From NCBI GenBank assembly GCA_963662275.1, contig OY759316.1, positions 448,001 through 512,000 of the forward strand: 64,000 bases of DNA, read 5' to 3'. A program made the position numbers and the translations under genes. Below are positions 10,720 through 19,640 of this stretch, piece after piece. The notes beneath the pieces were generated by a model. It was not told the origin of the DNA. It made no database searches and saw only the letters and a list, made by a program, of their open reading frames with translations. The DNA is from Candidatus Cloacimonadales bacterium (GTDB taxonomy: Bacteria > Cloacimonadota > Cloacimonadia > Cloacimonadales > DAONDQ01). How positions within the stretch are numbered: position 1 is the stretch's first letter; every line of letters begins with the position of its first letter.

Positions 10720-10774
10720 AATCCTAAGAGAATCCTACGTGAATCCTTAGGGAATCCTGAGGGAGTCCTGAGGG
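10720..10774. repeat. Five 11-bp tandem repeats (AATCCTNNGNG)
   Basis: aatcctaagag aatcctacgtg aatccttaggg aatcctgaggg agtcctgaggg. Confidence 0.8.
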
Positions 10775-10916
10775 TAGTGTCTTTGCAGTATTTCTTTAGG
10801 AATTTAGAAGTTGACATCAAATTGATATTGATCTGAAATAATAAAGAAAATAAAGTATTCTTGTTAGAAATATGATTGATGGATGATATCCAAGACTATC
10901 CAATAGGGAGGTTTCT

Positions 10917-12389
10917 GTGCGTAAAAGTATTCTATTTATCATCTTGGTCTTTCTCGCATTTGTTTTGGTCAGTTGTGATAAGAAAACGACTGAACCAAAC
11001 ACAACCCCGGATTTCGAACTGAATGGAACCTGGACTGGAATAGATCCTACAGGTGGTAAAGAACCTGTTGAATTTCTTCTGAATTTAACAAATACGACGA
11101 GTGAATGGGTATATCCAACTTTTACGGCAAATGCTGGTATTATTCAATACAATAATGATACAAATACTATGATATTACTTTGGACTAATCATCCTGCAGG
11201 TAATGAGATGGTAGGGAAATATATGAAAGTGATATGGAGTGATGCAAAATCGACTGTTGTCATTATCCAGCCATATACTCAACAAGCTACTCTTTCTGTT
11301 GCATCAAGTACAACAGATACTGGTAGTTACCCAGCAATTACGCTCACGAAAACTGCTACCAATACCTGTGCCACTCCCACTTTCAATCTTGCAGGCGGAA
11401 CTTATGCTTATGCTCAGAATGTCACGATATCTTGTGCCACGAGTGGAGCAGCCATCCGCTATACAACTAATGGCAGTGATCCAACAGTATCCTCCACATC
11501 ATATTCCAACCCAATAAATATCGCATCAACAACTACCTTAAAAGCAAAAGCCTTCAAATCAGGATGGACTGATAGCGCAATTGCTGCTGCCACTTACACC
11601 ATCGGGACAACCCAAGGGCAGATGGTATTCGTGCAGGGAGGGACGTTTACTATGGGTGATACTCATTGTGGCGAAGACTTAAATGAATTGCCTACCCACA
11701 GTGTGACAGTATCATCCTTCTACATGGATAAATATGAGCTGACACAGTCTGCCTACCAGGCTGTGATGGGCGTAAATCCATCTCATTTTACTGGTGTAAC
11801 AAATGGACCTGTTGAACAAGTCACCTGGTTCAATGCAGTAGAATACTGTAATAAACGTAGTAAGAATGAAGGTATCACACCCTGTTACAGTTATAGTACT
11901 TATGGCGCTAATCCTGCCACTTGGCCTGGGGGTTGGAATTCCGATTACAACAATCATATCAATTTATCCTGCAATTGGACGGCAAATGGCTATCGCCTAC
12001 CGACAGAAGCAGAATGGGAATTTGCCGCTCATGGCGGAAACCAATCTCACAATTATACCTATAGTGGCAGTAACACAAAAGGTGATGTGGCTTGGTATTG
12101 GGATAACTCAGGCAGTACGACTCACACCGTGGGTACCAAGACAGCCAATGAATTAGGCTTATATGACATGAGTGGCAACGTCTTTGAGTGGAATTGGGAC
12201 ATTTATGGCACGTATTCAAATGGTGCGCAGACTAACCCGCATGGTGCTGTGAGCGGGTCTGGTCGTGTGTTCCGATGCGGAAGCTGGGGACCCGATGCTG
12301 AGAGCTGCACTGTTTCCTCTCGGAACGCCAGCGTCGCCACTAACAGCGACTACAATATGGGCTTCCGCGTGTGTAGGAATTCCCCTTGA
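10917..12389 (+). CDS. Lipoprotein with chitobiase/FN3-associated domain and C-terminal FGE/CLec domain; probable DGR target protein
   Basis: Lipobox LVSC; ATPTF...GGTY...VTISCATSGAAIRYTTNGSDP domain; YRLPTEAEWEFAA, DMSGNVFEW, GFRVCR; NNC-rich 3' end. Confidence 0.88.
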   Translation: MRKSILFIILVFLAFVLVSCDKKTTEPNTTPDFELNGTWTGIDPTGGKEPVEFLLNLTNTTSEWVYPTFTANAGIIQYNNDTNTMILLWTNHPAGNEMVGKYMKVIWSDAKSTVVIIQPYTQQATLSVASSTTDTGSYPAITLTKTATNTCATPTFNLAGGTYAYAQNVTISCATSGAAIRYTTNGSDPTVSSTSYSNPINIASTTTLKAKAFKSGWTDSAIAAATYTIGTTQGQMVFVQGGTFTMGDTHCGEDLNELPTHSVTVSSFYMDKYELTQSAYQAVMGVNPSHFTGVTNGPVEQVTWFNAVEYCNKRSKNEGITPCYSYSTYGANPATWPGGWNSDYNNHINLSCNWTANGYRLPTEAEWEFAAHGGNQSHNYTYSGSNTKGDVAWYWDNSGSTTHTVGTKTANELGLYDMSGNVFEWNWDIYGTYSNGAQTNPHGAVSGSGRVFRCGSWGPDAESCTVSSRNASVATNSDYNMGFRVCRNSP

Positions 12390-12408
12390 TTTTCCAGAAT
12401 GCTGGATC

Positions 12409-12732
12409 GTAACATAGTTTGGCAAACTGTTGTATTAGACAATGGTATTGTCGAATGCTGCTTCCATCGGGGATTACCAATCCCATTATACAACAGAGTA
12501 CCACTCTATGCAACAACGGTGGTGATTACTTTAGGAATCGTGGCAGTATCGTTTATGTTGCTTTCCTTTAGAGAAACAATACCTGAAGGAATTTCCACAC
12601 AGCTGAAGGAGTAGCCACCAATGGCAGTAACATACATTGGTAATGTGTTGTAACTGACAATGGTATTGTCGAATTGTGCTTCTATCGGGGATTACCAATC
12701 CCCTCATACAACAGAGTACCACTCTATGCTAC
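12409..12732. repeat. Two ~106-bp direct repeats (218-bp period), each an inverted doublet of REP-like hairpins
   Basis: 12409-12514 and 12627-12732 align with few mismatches; terminal units GT(A/T)(A/G)CATA-N4-GG(T/C)-N4'-TGTTGTA; internal GGGGATTACCAATCCC hairpin. Confidence 0.85.
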
Positions 12733-13072
12733 CCCCGAGGTTACAAACCATCGGGGGATAACATAATAAGCATTTCCCATCATAGGCATGATTGGATATG
12801 CTGTTGAACAAGCTCAAGTAGCAGGGTGATTTTGAATATGTATTTGGAAATTGCTTTTTGAAGATTTCTTGGGTTGAATTGGATTTTTACAATTTTAGCA
12901 GAGTCTTTTACCAATGGAAGAGATGATTTTCTTTTCAGAAGTTATCAAATCACTTTGAGATCAGACTTTTTGTGTATGGGCTGATATTGTTTTCAAGTAT
13001 TTTAGCAAATTGCCTGTAATATTTCGGTTGTTTCTATAATTTAGGCAAGACAATCCCGTCGGTAAAATTAAC

Positions 13073-14215
13073 TTACAGTTTACCGCCATCAAAGCAATTT
13101 GCCAAAAACAACAGCGACCAAGGCGGTGATCTTGGTTTTCCGGTAATTGAAGCATGCTGTGTCATCTTTGATTTGCAATTAGGGCAGAGGTCTTTTTCAA
13201 ATTTGGGAATTACAAAAGTTTTAGCTGTCTGATTCTTGTCATTAGAATCGGACTTTGCTGGGAAAAAGCTGTTGACCATCTCCCAGACAGATTTTGCCGC
13301 CGGACTGAGAAATCCGTAGTATCTGATTTTCTGAAATCCCTGCGGCAGAACATGCATCAGGAACTTATTGATAAACTCCACGGAGTCGACGCTTTTAAAG
13401 GCGAATTTAGCTGAACCTGCCGGCTTGTATTTAAAGGTTACCAGCCCGTCCTTTTCCCAAAGGATGCGATTGTTGGTGATGGCGGTCCGATACACATAAT
13501 TGGCCAAATAAGTCAGAGCCTCCCGACCTTTTCCGACGGGTCGGGAGTCTGTGACAAACTCTTTTTGCTGCCAGACTAGCGGGGATATCCGACCAAACAG
13601 ATGCTGATTTTCCAGTCGAAGCAAATCACGGAATTTTGCCCGGTAAATCACCGAAAGAGCTTTGACCGGAATCAGGAACTTATTGCCTGCTTTTTGCCAT
13701 TCCTTTCGTTCTTTATTCCAAGCTCCGCCGGGGACTATATAATGAATATGAGGATGATATTCAAGCTGCCTTGTCCAGGTATGAAGTACCCCGGTAAAGC
13801 CTGAAACGCCACCGGCATATTTGGGATCTGAAAGCAATGTCTTTAAGGCTTCAGATGATGCTTTGAACTGAAGATCATAAAGCAGTTTCTGATTTGACAG
13901 GCATGTTTTGTGCAGTTCCCGGGGTATGGTGAAAGTTACCATGAAGTACTTAACCGGCAGCAGTTTGGCAAGCTGCTTTTCCAGCCATTTCGCTGAATCA
14001 TTACGGCCACACTTCGGGCAGTGACGGTTTTTGCAGGAATGATAGGAATAATGCAGTTCCGCACATTCCTGGCATAAATAGACTTCTCCGCCCAGTTCAG
14101 GTGTCCGGCAAAGGAGAATATCTCTGATCGCTCTTAAATGGCTTTCCGGTGACTGGTTTCCATATTTTTCCAGATACTCGGACAGGTTGTTTTTGAGAAT
14201 CCTGCTAAAATCCAT
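13073..14215 (-). CDS. IS91-family (Y2 HUH) rolling-circle transposase
   Basis: CRT..LGG, SCKNRHCPKC zinc domain, FTIP, LHTW...HPHIH (HUH), YLANY, HVLPQGFQKIRYYGFL. Confidence 0.93.
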   Translation of the reverse strand: MDFSRILKNNLSEYLEKYGNQSPESHLRAIRDILLCRTPELGGEVYLCQECAELHYSYHSCKNRHCPKCGRNDSAKWLEKQLAKLLPVKYFMVTFTIPRELHKTCLSNQKLLYDLQFKASSEALKTLLSDPKYAGGVSGFTGVLHTWTRQLEYHPHIHYIVPGGAWNKERKEWQKAGNKFLIPVKALSVIYRAKFRDLLRLENQHLFGRISPLVWQQKEFVTDSRPVGKGREALTYLANYVYRTAITNNRILWEKDGLVTFKYKPAGSAKFAFKSVDSVEFINKFLMHVLPQGFQKIRYYGFLSPAAKSVWEMVNSFFPAKSDSNDKNQTAKTFVIPKFEKDLCPNCKSKMTQHASITGKPRSPPWSLLFLANCFDGGKL

Positions 14216-15088
14216 TTACATCTTATTCATCAGTTCATTGATGATTTTACATGACTGCTCTCGGGAAACGTTAGTCAAATGCACGTATACCATGGTCGCT
14301 CTAAGACTTTCGTGCCCGAGCAAGTCTTTGATGATGATGATACTGACACCTGCTTCCAATAAATGTGTGGCATAAGAATGTCTGAGTGTATGACAGGTTA
14401 CATGCTTAGGGATGCGTGTCTCCTTTAAGGCTGACTTCAGAGCTGACCGAAGAGTTTGGACAGAAATCTGGTTCGAGGTTGTCATTCTGTTAATATCAGC
14501 CTGTCTGGTGCTTCTGCTCGGGAATAAAAGCTGTCTGTTCTGATGGGTTTTCCAATATTCCCGGAGTTCCTGATACAATTTTTCAGGCAGAGGTATTGAC
14601 CTGTCTTTGTTGCCTTTGGATTGCCTTACCGTGATGGTCATCAATTCCCGGTTGATATCGGCTATTTTAATCTTGACTGCTTCCGAAATCCTTAATCCGC
14701 ATTGATAGGTAAGAGTCAGTAAGAGTCGATAATCATAAGTATGAATGCGGGAGATAAGCATTCTAACTTCGTCTGTGGTCAGAATCACAGGAAGTTTGTG
14801 CTCAATCTTTGCCTTAAAAAAGGTAAAATCCTCTTGCCTGAAACCAACAACATGGATGAAAAAAAATCTGATGCCATAATAGGCTGATTTTAAACTCTGA
14901 GGACTATAATTCTTGACGTTATGCAGGTAGACAAAATATGTTCTTACCTGTTCAATAGATAGTGTGCCGGGGTCTTGACCATAATATGATGCTAAAGAAG
15001 TGACTTGTCTGATGTAATTGTATTTTGTCTCTCGGGACACGCCTCGAAGATCAAGGCACTCTAAAAAGCGAACTTCGTATGATTCCAT
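14216..15088 (-). CDS. Tyrosine recombinase (phage-integrase family) with N-terminal SAM-like domain
   Basis: GLRISE (R), SKGNKDR (K), HTLRHSYATH, LLGH, TMVY: complete catalytic set. Confidence 0.93.
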   Translation of the reverse strand: MESYEVRFLECLDLRGVSRETKYNYIRQVTSLASYYGQDPGTLSIEQVRTYFVYLHNVKNYSPQSLKSAYYGIRFFFIHVVGFRQEDFTFFKAKIEHKLPVILTTDEVRMLISRIHTYDYRLLLTLTYQCGLRISEAVKIKIADINRELMTITVRQSKGNKDRSIPLPEKLYQELREYWKTHQNRQLLFPSRSTRQADINRMTTSNQISVQTLRSALKSALKETRIPKHVTCHTLRHSYATHLLEAGVSIIIIKDLLGHESLRATMVYVHLTNVSREQSCKIINELMNKM

Positions 15089-15234
15089 ACTTACCTCCAG
15101 TTAATTTTGGGGGTAAGTATGCTTTTAGTGAGGGTTCAGTATATCAATAGTTTAAATGCATGAAACACGAGTTTACTGCGAACGGTACTGCTGCTTGCAG
15201 CTTCGTTCAACAAGATACATTCTTATGATACAAC

Positions 15235-15747
15235 TTATGGCGTTGTGGTTGGTGGCGTGAAGATTCTCGTCAATGCTTCCGCATCCAGCATCATCAGACC
15301 GGAATATTCTGTACCCAGGTTTTTCAGTTTTACTCTCATTCGATCTGTATTCTGCTCTTCTTCCACTTGTTCATCCACATAAAACTGAAGCATGCTTTGA
15401 GTTGCAGTATCTTTTTCCTGGATGGCGAGTTCCATCAGGTCATTGATCGACTTTGTGATATACTGTTCGTGTTCATAAGCAAGTGTGAATATCTGGAGTG
15501 GTGATTCAAACTCGAATTGCGGTTTTGCCAGTGCTTTTAATTCTACTATACCGCTTCTGCTGAGCAGATAGTGAAAGAACTTCATGGAATGGAACTTCTC
15601 TTCCATTTGCTGGATATTCATCCAATGTGCGAAACCATCCAGGTTCTGTTCCGTGAACCAGGCTTCCATGGATAAATAGAGATATTCGGAGTAAGTCTCG
15701 CGATTGATCTGTTCATTGATGGCATCTTGAATTTTAGGTGAGATCAT
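15235..15747 (-). CDS. ftnA: Non-heme ferritin
   Basis: INEQINRE.YS.YLYLSM, EEKFH, HEQYIT.SI, EQVEEE. Confidence 0.92.
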   Translation of the reverse strand: MISPKIQDAINEQINRETYSEYLYLSMEAWFTEQNLDGFAHWMNIQQMEEKFHSMKFFHYLLSRSGIVELKALAKPQFEFESPLQIFTLAYEHEQYITKSINDLMELAIQEKDTATQSMLQFYVDEQVEEEQNTDRMRVKLKNLGTEYSGLMMLDAEALTRIFTPPTTTP

Positions 15748-16928
15748 AATTCCTCCTTTATTTGAAGTATGTTCTCTTGTACTTTGTTCGTAATTTCTTT
15801 TAGTGTTTCCTCGTTTGGAATGTACTTGATCTTGATTTGATCCATAAGTTTAAAACCACACTTTGTCAGGCTTTCCTGCACCATATCGACACTCTGTCCG
15901 CTCCAGCCATAAGACCCGAAAGCTAGTCCAATCCTTCCTTTCGGAGCCAATCCCACCATATAGGCTAGGAATCCGGCAACACTGGGAAGTATGGAACCGT
16001 TCAGAGTCGGACACCCGACACAGATGTATTTGGCAGTAAGCACTAACGTCATGATATCAGAAATGTGATTTTTCTGCAGGTTATACATGATGGGATGAAT
16101 ACCCAGGTTTTCAAAAGAATCCTGGATGGCATAGGCAATCTTGGTTGTGGAATGCCACATGGAATCATAGATAATCAAGGCTTGTGATTCACTGGCATCG
16201 TTTTTTGACCAGTGTTTGTATTGCTCCACTATTTCTGCTATATATGAGCGCCAGATCAGACCATGACTAGTGGCAATCATTTCTATATCCAATGTAGCTG
16301 CTGCTTCCAAGACTTTCTGGACTTGTTTGCCATAAGGCATCACAATATTAGCATAGTATTTTTTAGCTTCTTCCAACGCAATATTGAGGGGATATTCATC
16401 ATCGAAACGCTGGGAAGAAGCTATATGCTGACCAAAGGCATCATTAGAAAACAGGATTTTTTCCTCAGGGCAATAAGACAGCATATTATCAGGCCAATGC
16501 ACCATAGGGGCAAGCAGGAATTGAATTGTACGCTTACCTAAAGAGATTGTATCACCTGATTGAACGACATGGAAACTCCAATCCTTTTCATAATGCGCCT
16601 TGAGTCCTTTTTCTCCATTGGGTGAAGTAAAAACAGTTGCATTTGGACAATGCTCCATGATCATAGGTAAGGAACCGGAATGATCCATTTCCACATGATT
16701 TGAGATAACGTAATCGATTTTAGATGAGTCAATAATAGTGCTTAACCTTGCCAGCATTTCATCATAAAGATAACACTTTACAGTATCAATCAGGGTGATT
16801 TTCTCATCGATGATCAGATAAGCATTATAAGTGGAACCACGTTGGGTCACATAGCCGTGAAAGTCTCTTAAATCCCAGTCAATTCCACCAATCCAATAGA
16901 TTCCTTCTTTTAATTGTACAGGTTTCAT
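15744..16928 (-). CDS. fprA: Flavodiiron protein (FprA/NorV-like)
   Basis: G.TYNAYLI, NHVEMDHSG, HWPD, SNDAFGQH; flavodoxin domain with FGSYGWSG. Confidence 0.93.
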   Translation of the reverse strand: MKPVQLKEGIYWIGGIDWDLRDFHGYVTQRGSTYNAYLIIDEKITLIDTVKCYLYDEMLARLSTIIDSSKIDYVISNHVEMDHSGSLPMIMEHCPNATVFTSPNGEKGLKAHYEKDWSFHVVQSGDTISLGKRTIQFLLAPMVHWPDNMLSYCPEEKILFSNDAFGQHIASSQRFDDEYPLNIALEEAKKYYANIVMPYGKQVQKVLEAAATLDIEMIATSHGLIWRSYIAEIVEQYKHWSKNDASESQALIIYDSMWHSTTKIAYAIQDSFENLGIHPIMYNLQKNHISDIMTLVLTAKYICVGCPTLNGSILPSVAGFLAYMVGLAPKGRIGLAFGSYGWSGQSVDMVQESLTKCGFKLMDQIKIKYIPNEETLKEITNKVQENILQIKEEL

Positions 16929-16958
16929 ACTCTCTCCATTCATTTATTAATCTTCTAT

Positions 16959-17022
16959 GTTGAGTAGGATTCCGATCCTACTGAATCTAATATATTTCGT
17001 TGTACCACCTACTTTAGGAGGT
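16959..17022. repeat. Two REP-like hairpins belonging to dispersed families
   Basis: gttgagtaggattccgatcctactgaatcta resembles 44260-44290; gtaccacctactttaggaggt resembles the copies at 63728-63857. Confidence 0.65.
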
Positions 17023-17052
17023 AATGATTCCACAGATAGTAAGAACGGCGTC

Positions 17053-17859
17053 TTACTTTACTTGGCAAATTGGACAATAATATGTGGAACGTCCAGCAAT
17101 TTTTAATTTTTCTAAGACATGATGTTCAGGGCATTCTTTCTTTTGATAGACACGTAGAAAATGTTGAAATTCACCTGACTTTTCATCTACTCTCCGAAAA
17201 TCTGAAATACTCGTACCATTCATATCAATGGCTTCCTGTAATACTTGCTTAGTTTCTGCAACGATATTATCAAACTGTTTGGAAGTCAATTCCCTACCTG
17301 AAGTCAATGGGTGAATTTTGCTCCTATACAGAATTTCACAGGCATAGATATTACCTAGTCCAGCAATAATATCCTGTTGCAGCATCAGGCTCTTTACAGG
17401 AGCTGACCTGCTTCCCCAATGCTCCTTCAAATATTTTGCAGTAAATAGATAGGAAAGAGGTTCAACTCCTAATTTCATGATATCCGGTATACTATCTTCT
17501 TTTCTAAATATTTGTATTTTACCGAATGTGCGGATGTCATCAAAAATTACTTTATTCCCACCTAAGAGATGGATTGAAGCACGTATATGAGTTCCTTCAA
17601 GACCGCAAATACCGTCGAATACCAGTTTCCCTGTCATCCGTAAATGAATCAATAACACAAATCCGCTTGCGGTATCAATTAATATGTACTTTCCTCTTCT
17701 ATAAATGTCAGTAATCTCACCGAGTACGGGAAGCTTTTCTATACCGGTATGATCGACAACAGTGCTGGGATAATGGGATTCTATTCTTTCAATTTTCCGA
17801 TGTAGGATGCAGTCCCTTAAACCGCGTACAACAGTTTCTACTTCAGGCAATTCAGGCAT
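17053..17859 (-). CDS. mutM: Formamidopyrimidine-DNA glycosylase
   Basis: MPELPEVETV start at 17859, RRGKY, HLRMTG, GLGNIY, C-terminal zinc finger (YCPICQ). Confidence 0.95.
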   Translation of the reverse strand: MPELPEVETVVRGLRDCILHRKIERIESHYPSTVVDHTGIEKLPVLGEITDIYRRGKYILIDTASGFVLLIHLRMTGKLVFDGICGLEGTHIRASIHLLGGNKVIFDDIRTFGKIQIFRKEDSIPDIMKLGVEPLSYLFTAKYLKEHWGSRSAPVKSLMLQQDIIAGLGNIYACEILYRSKIHPLTSGRELTSKQFDNIVAETKQVLQEAIDMNGTSISDFRRVDEKSGEFQHFLRVYQKKECPEHHVLEKLKIAGRSTYYCPICQVK

Positions 17860-18838
17860 CTTGTTCCTTCCGGTTTTCAATATATTGATTGATCCAATGT
17901 GCCACTTCACATCCATCACCGACAGCAGTGGCAACTTGGCGAACCTCTTTTACTTCCACATCACCGGCTGCAAAGATACCCTCGATATTTGTTTGGTGAT
18001 GGGCATCGGTAACAATGAAATCATCCTGCAACGTCAGAATACTCTTAAAGATAGATGTATTTGGTGTCTCTCCAATAAAAATGAAAAGACCGTTGATTTG
18101 AAGCTCTGATTCAGAATGTGAATTCACATTTTCTAACATTAGTTTTCGATTTTCTGCCTTAGTGAAATATATCCCTTTTACTCTCGTATCAAACAGTACA
18201 TTGATCTTCGGATTAGCCTTGACCTTCTCGATCAGCATCGGTTCTGCGGTGAATTTATCCCTCCTGTGGATGATCGTTAATTTCCTGGCATACCGTGCAA
18301 GAAAGAGCGATTCTTGGAGTGCAGAATTTCCTCCACCTACAACTGCCAGTATTTTGTCTGGATACAATGGTCCATCGCAGGTTGCACAGTAGGAAACACC
18401 TCTTCCGAAGTATTCTTTTTCTTCTTTCAAACCTAATTGTTTTGGGGATGCGCCTGTGGTTATCAAAATTGATTTAGCTTTGTAGCTTGAATAATCAGTA
18501 TAAACGGTTTTAATTAGCTCCGTGAAATCAACTTTCGTGACATTTTCCCTTAACACTTGCAATCCATAGAGTTTTGCCTGGTTTTCCATATCGATGGCAA
18601 GCTGTTTGCCAAGAATTGGTTGTGGAAACCCAGGATAGTTCTCTACCCATTCTGTGGTTGCTAATTGTCCGCCACTCATTACCTGTTTCTCAATCATGAG
18701 AGTTTTCAGTCGATAACGGGCAAGATACAACCCGGCAGTCAATCCGGCTGGACCACCACCTACGATAATGACATCATAAAGATCAGCTTTTAGAAATGGT
18801 AAGTCAAGGCTGAGCGTAAAATTAAGTGGTTCAGACAT
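17852..18838 (-). CDS. trxB: Thioredoxin reductase
   Basis: GGGPAGL, GVSYCATCDG, GGGNSA, AAGD. Confidence 0.93.
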   Translation of the reverse strand: MSEPLNFTLSLDLPFLKADLYDVIIVGGGPAGLTAGLYLARYRLKTLMIEKQVMSGGQLATTEWVENYPGFPQPILGKQLAIDMENQAKLYGLQVLRENVTKVDFTELIKTVYTDYSSYKAKSILITTGASPKQLGLKEEKEYFGRGVSYCATCDGPLYPDKILAVVGGGNSALQESLFLARYARKLTIIHRRDKFTAEPMLIEKVKANPKINVLFDTRVKGIYFTKAENRKLMLENVNSHSESELQINGLFIFIGETPNTSIFKSILTLQDDFIVTDAHHQTNIEGIFAAGDVEVKEVRQVATAVGDGCEVAHWINQYIENRKEQDA

Positions 18839-19475
18839 TCAACGCAACTTTTATCTTATCAATCAGCATTTCTTCCGGTGCAGCACCATCCAGGAAATAA
18901 GTCTCATTAATCACAGTACGCGGAACACCTTCCACTTTGTATTTATTCATCAGGACAGGAAATTCCGAACCCTCGATCATATCAGCAGTCACGAAGTCTG
19001 AATAATACGCCATTTGATGAGCACTCATCACCATCATTGGACAATAGGGACATGTTGGAGAAGTAATCACTTCAATGTGAACAGGTTTATTAAGCGTATC
19101 CAGAAATGCGATGGTACCAAGTGTCAAATGCAGTTCACCCTTGGAAACCAGTAGAGATGATGCCATAAAGGCAGTAAATTCATAACCGGCGGGTATGCCA
19201 AAAAAACGAATTCCGTAATCTTTCTCATTTTTGATTATGATCGCAGGTAGTTTATCGATTTTCAGCGTCTCTGCAAGTTCATTTTCAGATTCCAGTTCAT
19301 GTATCTCCAGTTGTATCTTGGGGGAAAGAGCTGCCATTTCGTTTAATAATTCATGAGTTTCCTTGCATAAACCAGATTCGATTTTTAGTGTAAATAATTC
19401 TAGAGTAATCGGATTTTGCATTAATTCAAGTATCTTCTTCACTTCCTCGCGAGTCTGATCATTTAATAAAGGCAT
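18831..19475 (-). CDS. Protein disulfide oxidoreductase (two thioredoxin folds, AhpF N-terminal-like)
   Basis: RFFGIPAGYEF, CPYC, V.GVP; first active site reads SGLC. Confidence 0.85.
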   Translation of the reverse strand: MPLLNDQTREEVKKILELMQNPITLELFTLKIESGLCKETHELLNEMAALSPKIQLEIHELESENELAETLKIDKLPAIIIKNEKDYGIRFFGIPAGYEFTAFMASSLLVSKGELHLTLGTIAFLDTLNKPVHIEVITSPTCPYCPMMVMSAHQMAYYSDFVTADMIEGSEFPVLMNKYKVEGVPRTVINETYFLDGAAPEEMLIDKIKVALNV

Positions 19476-19640
19476 AATTCCTCCAATTATTTTTTCCTAT
19501 TCAATCATAATGTAGATCATGATACCGATCATGCTAATATTTTTTTACAATTTACTCCAAGAAACTGGATATTTTTTAAAGAAGTAACTAAAAGTATGCT
19601 TTGTGTTTTCAGCATGATTGGCATCATGCTCTACATCGCT

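Larger units (their letters stand above)
12803..15214 (-). mobile_element. IS91-family element carrying a tyrosine recombinase gene
   Basis: Abutting integrase + Y2 transposase; flanking near-direct repeats GTTGAACAAG (12803) and GTTCAACAAG (15205), each giving CTTG on the minus strand; boundaries are inferred. Confidence 0.75.

Noticed and set aside
12515..12626. Spacer read on the minus strand (AIGGYSFSCVEIPSGIVSL) resembling a BspA leucine-rich-repeat fragment
   Set aside because: Too short and lacking a start; resemblance could be chance without a database search
12409..12732. CRISPR array or integron attC cassette next to a tyrosine recombinase
   Set aside because: Only two ~106-bp units, no cas genes, no RYYYAAC...GTTRRRY pairing, and the 290-aa recombinase shows no obvious IntI-specific insertion
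9640..15214. Complete DGR cassette
   Set aside because: No reverse transcriptase, avd gene or AAC-rich template repeat was found in the window; only a target-like gene is supported
18831..19475. Selenocysteine at the degenerate first redox site
   Set aside because: The codon is TCT (Ser), not an in-frame TGA
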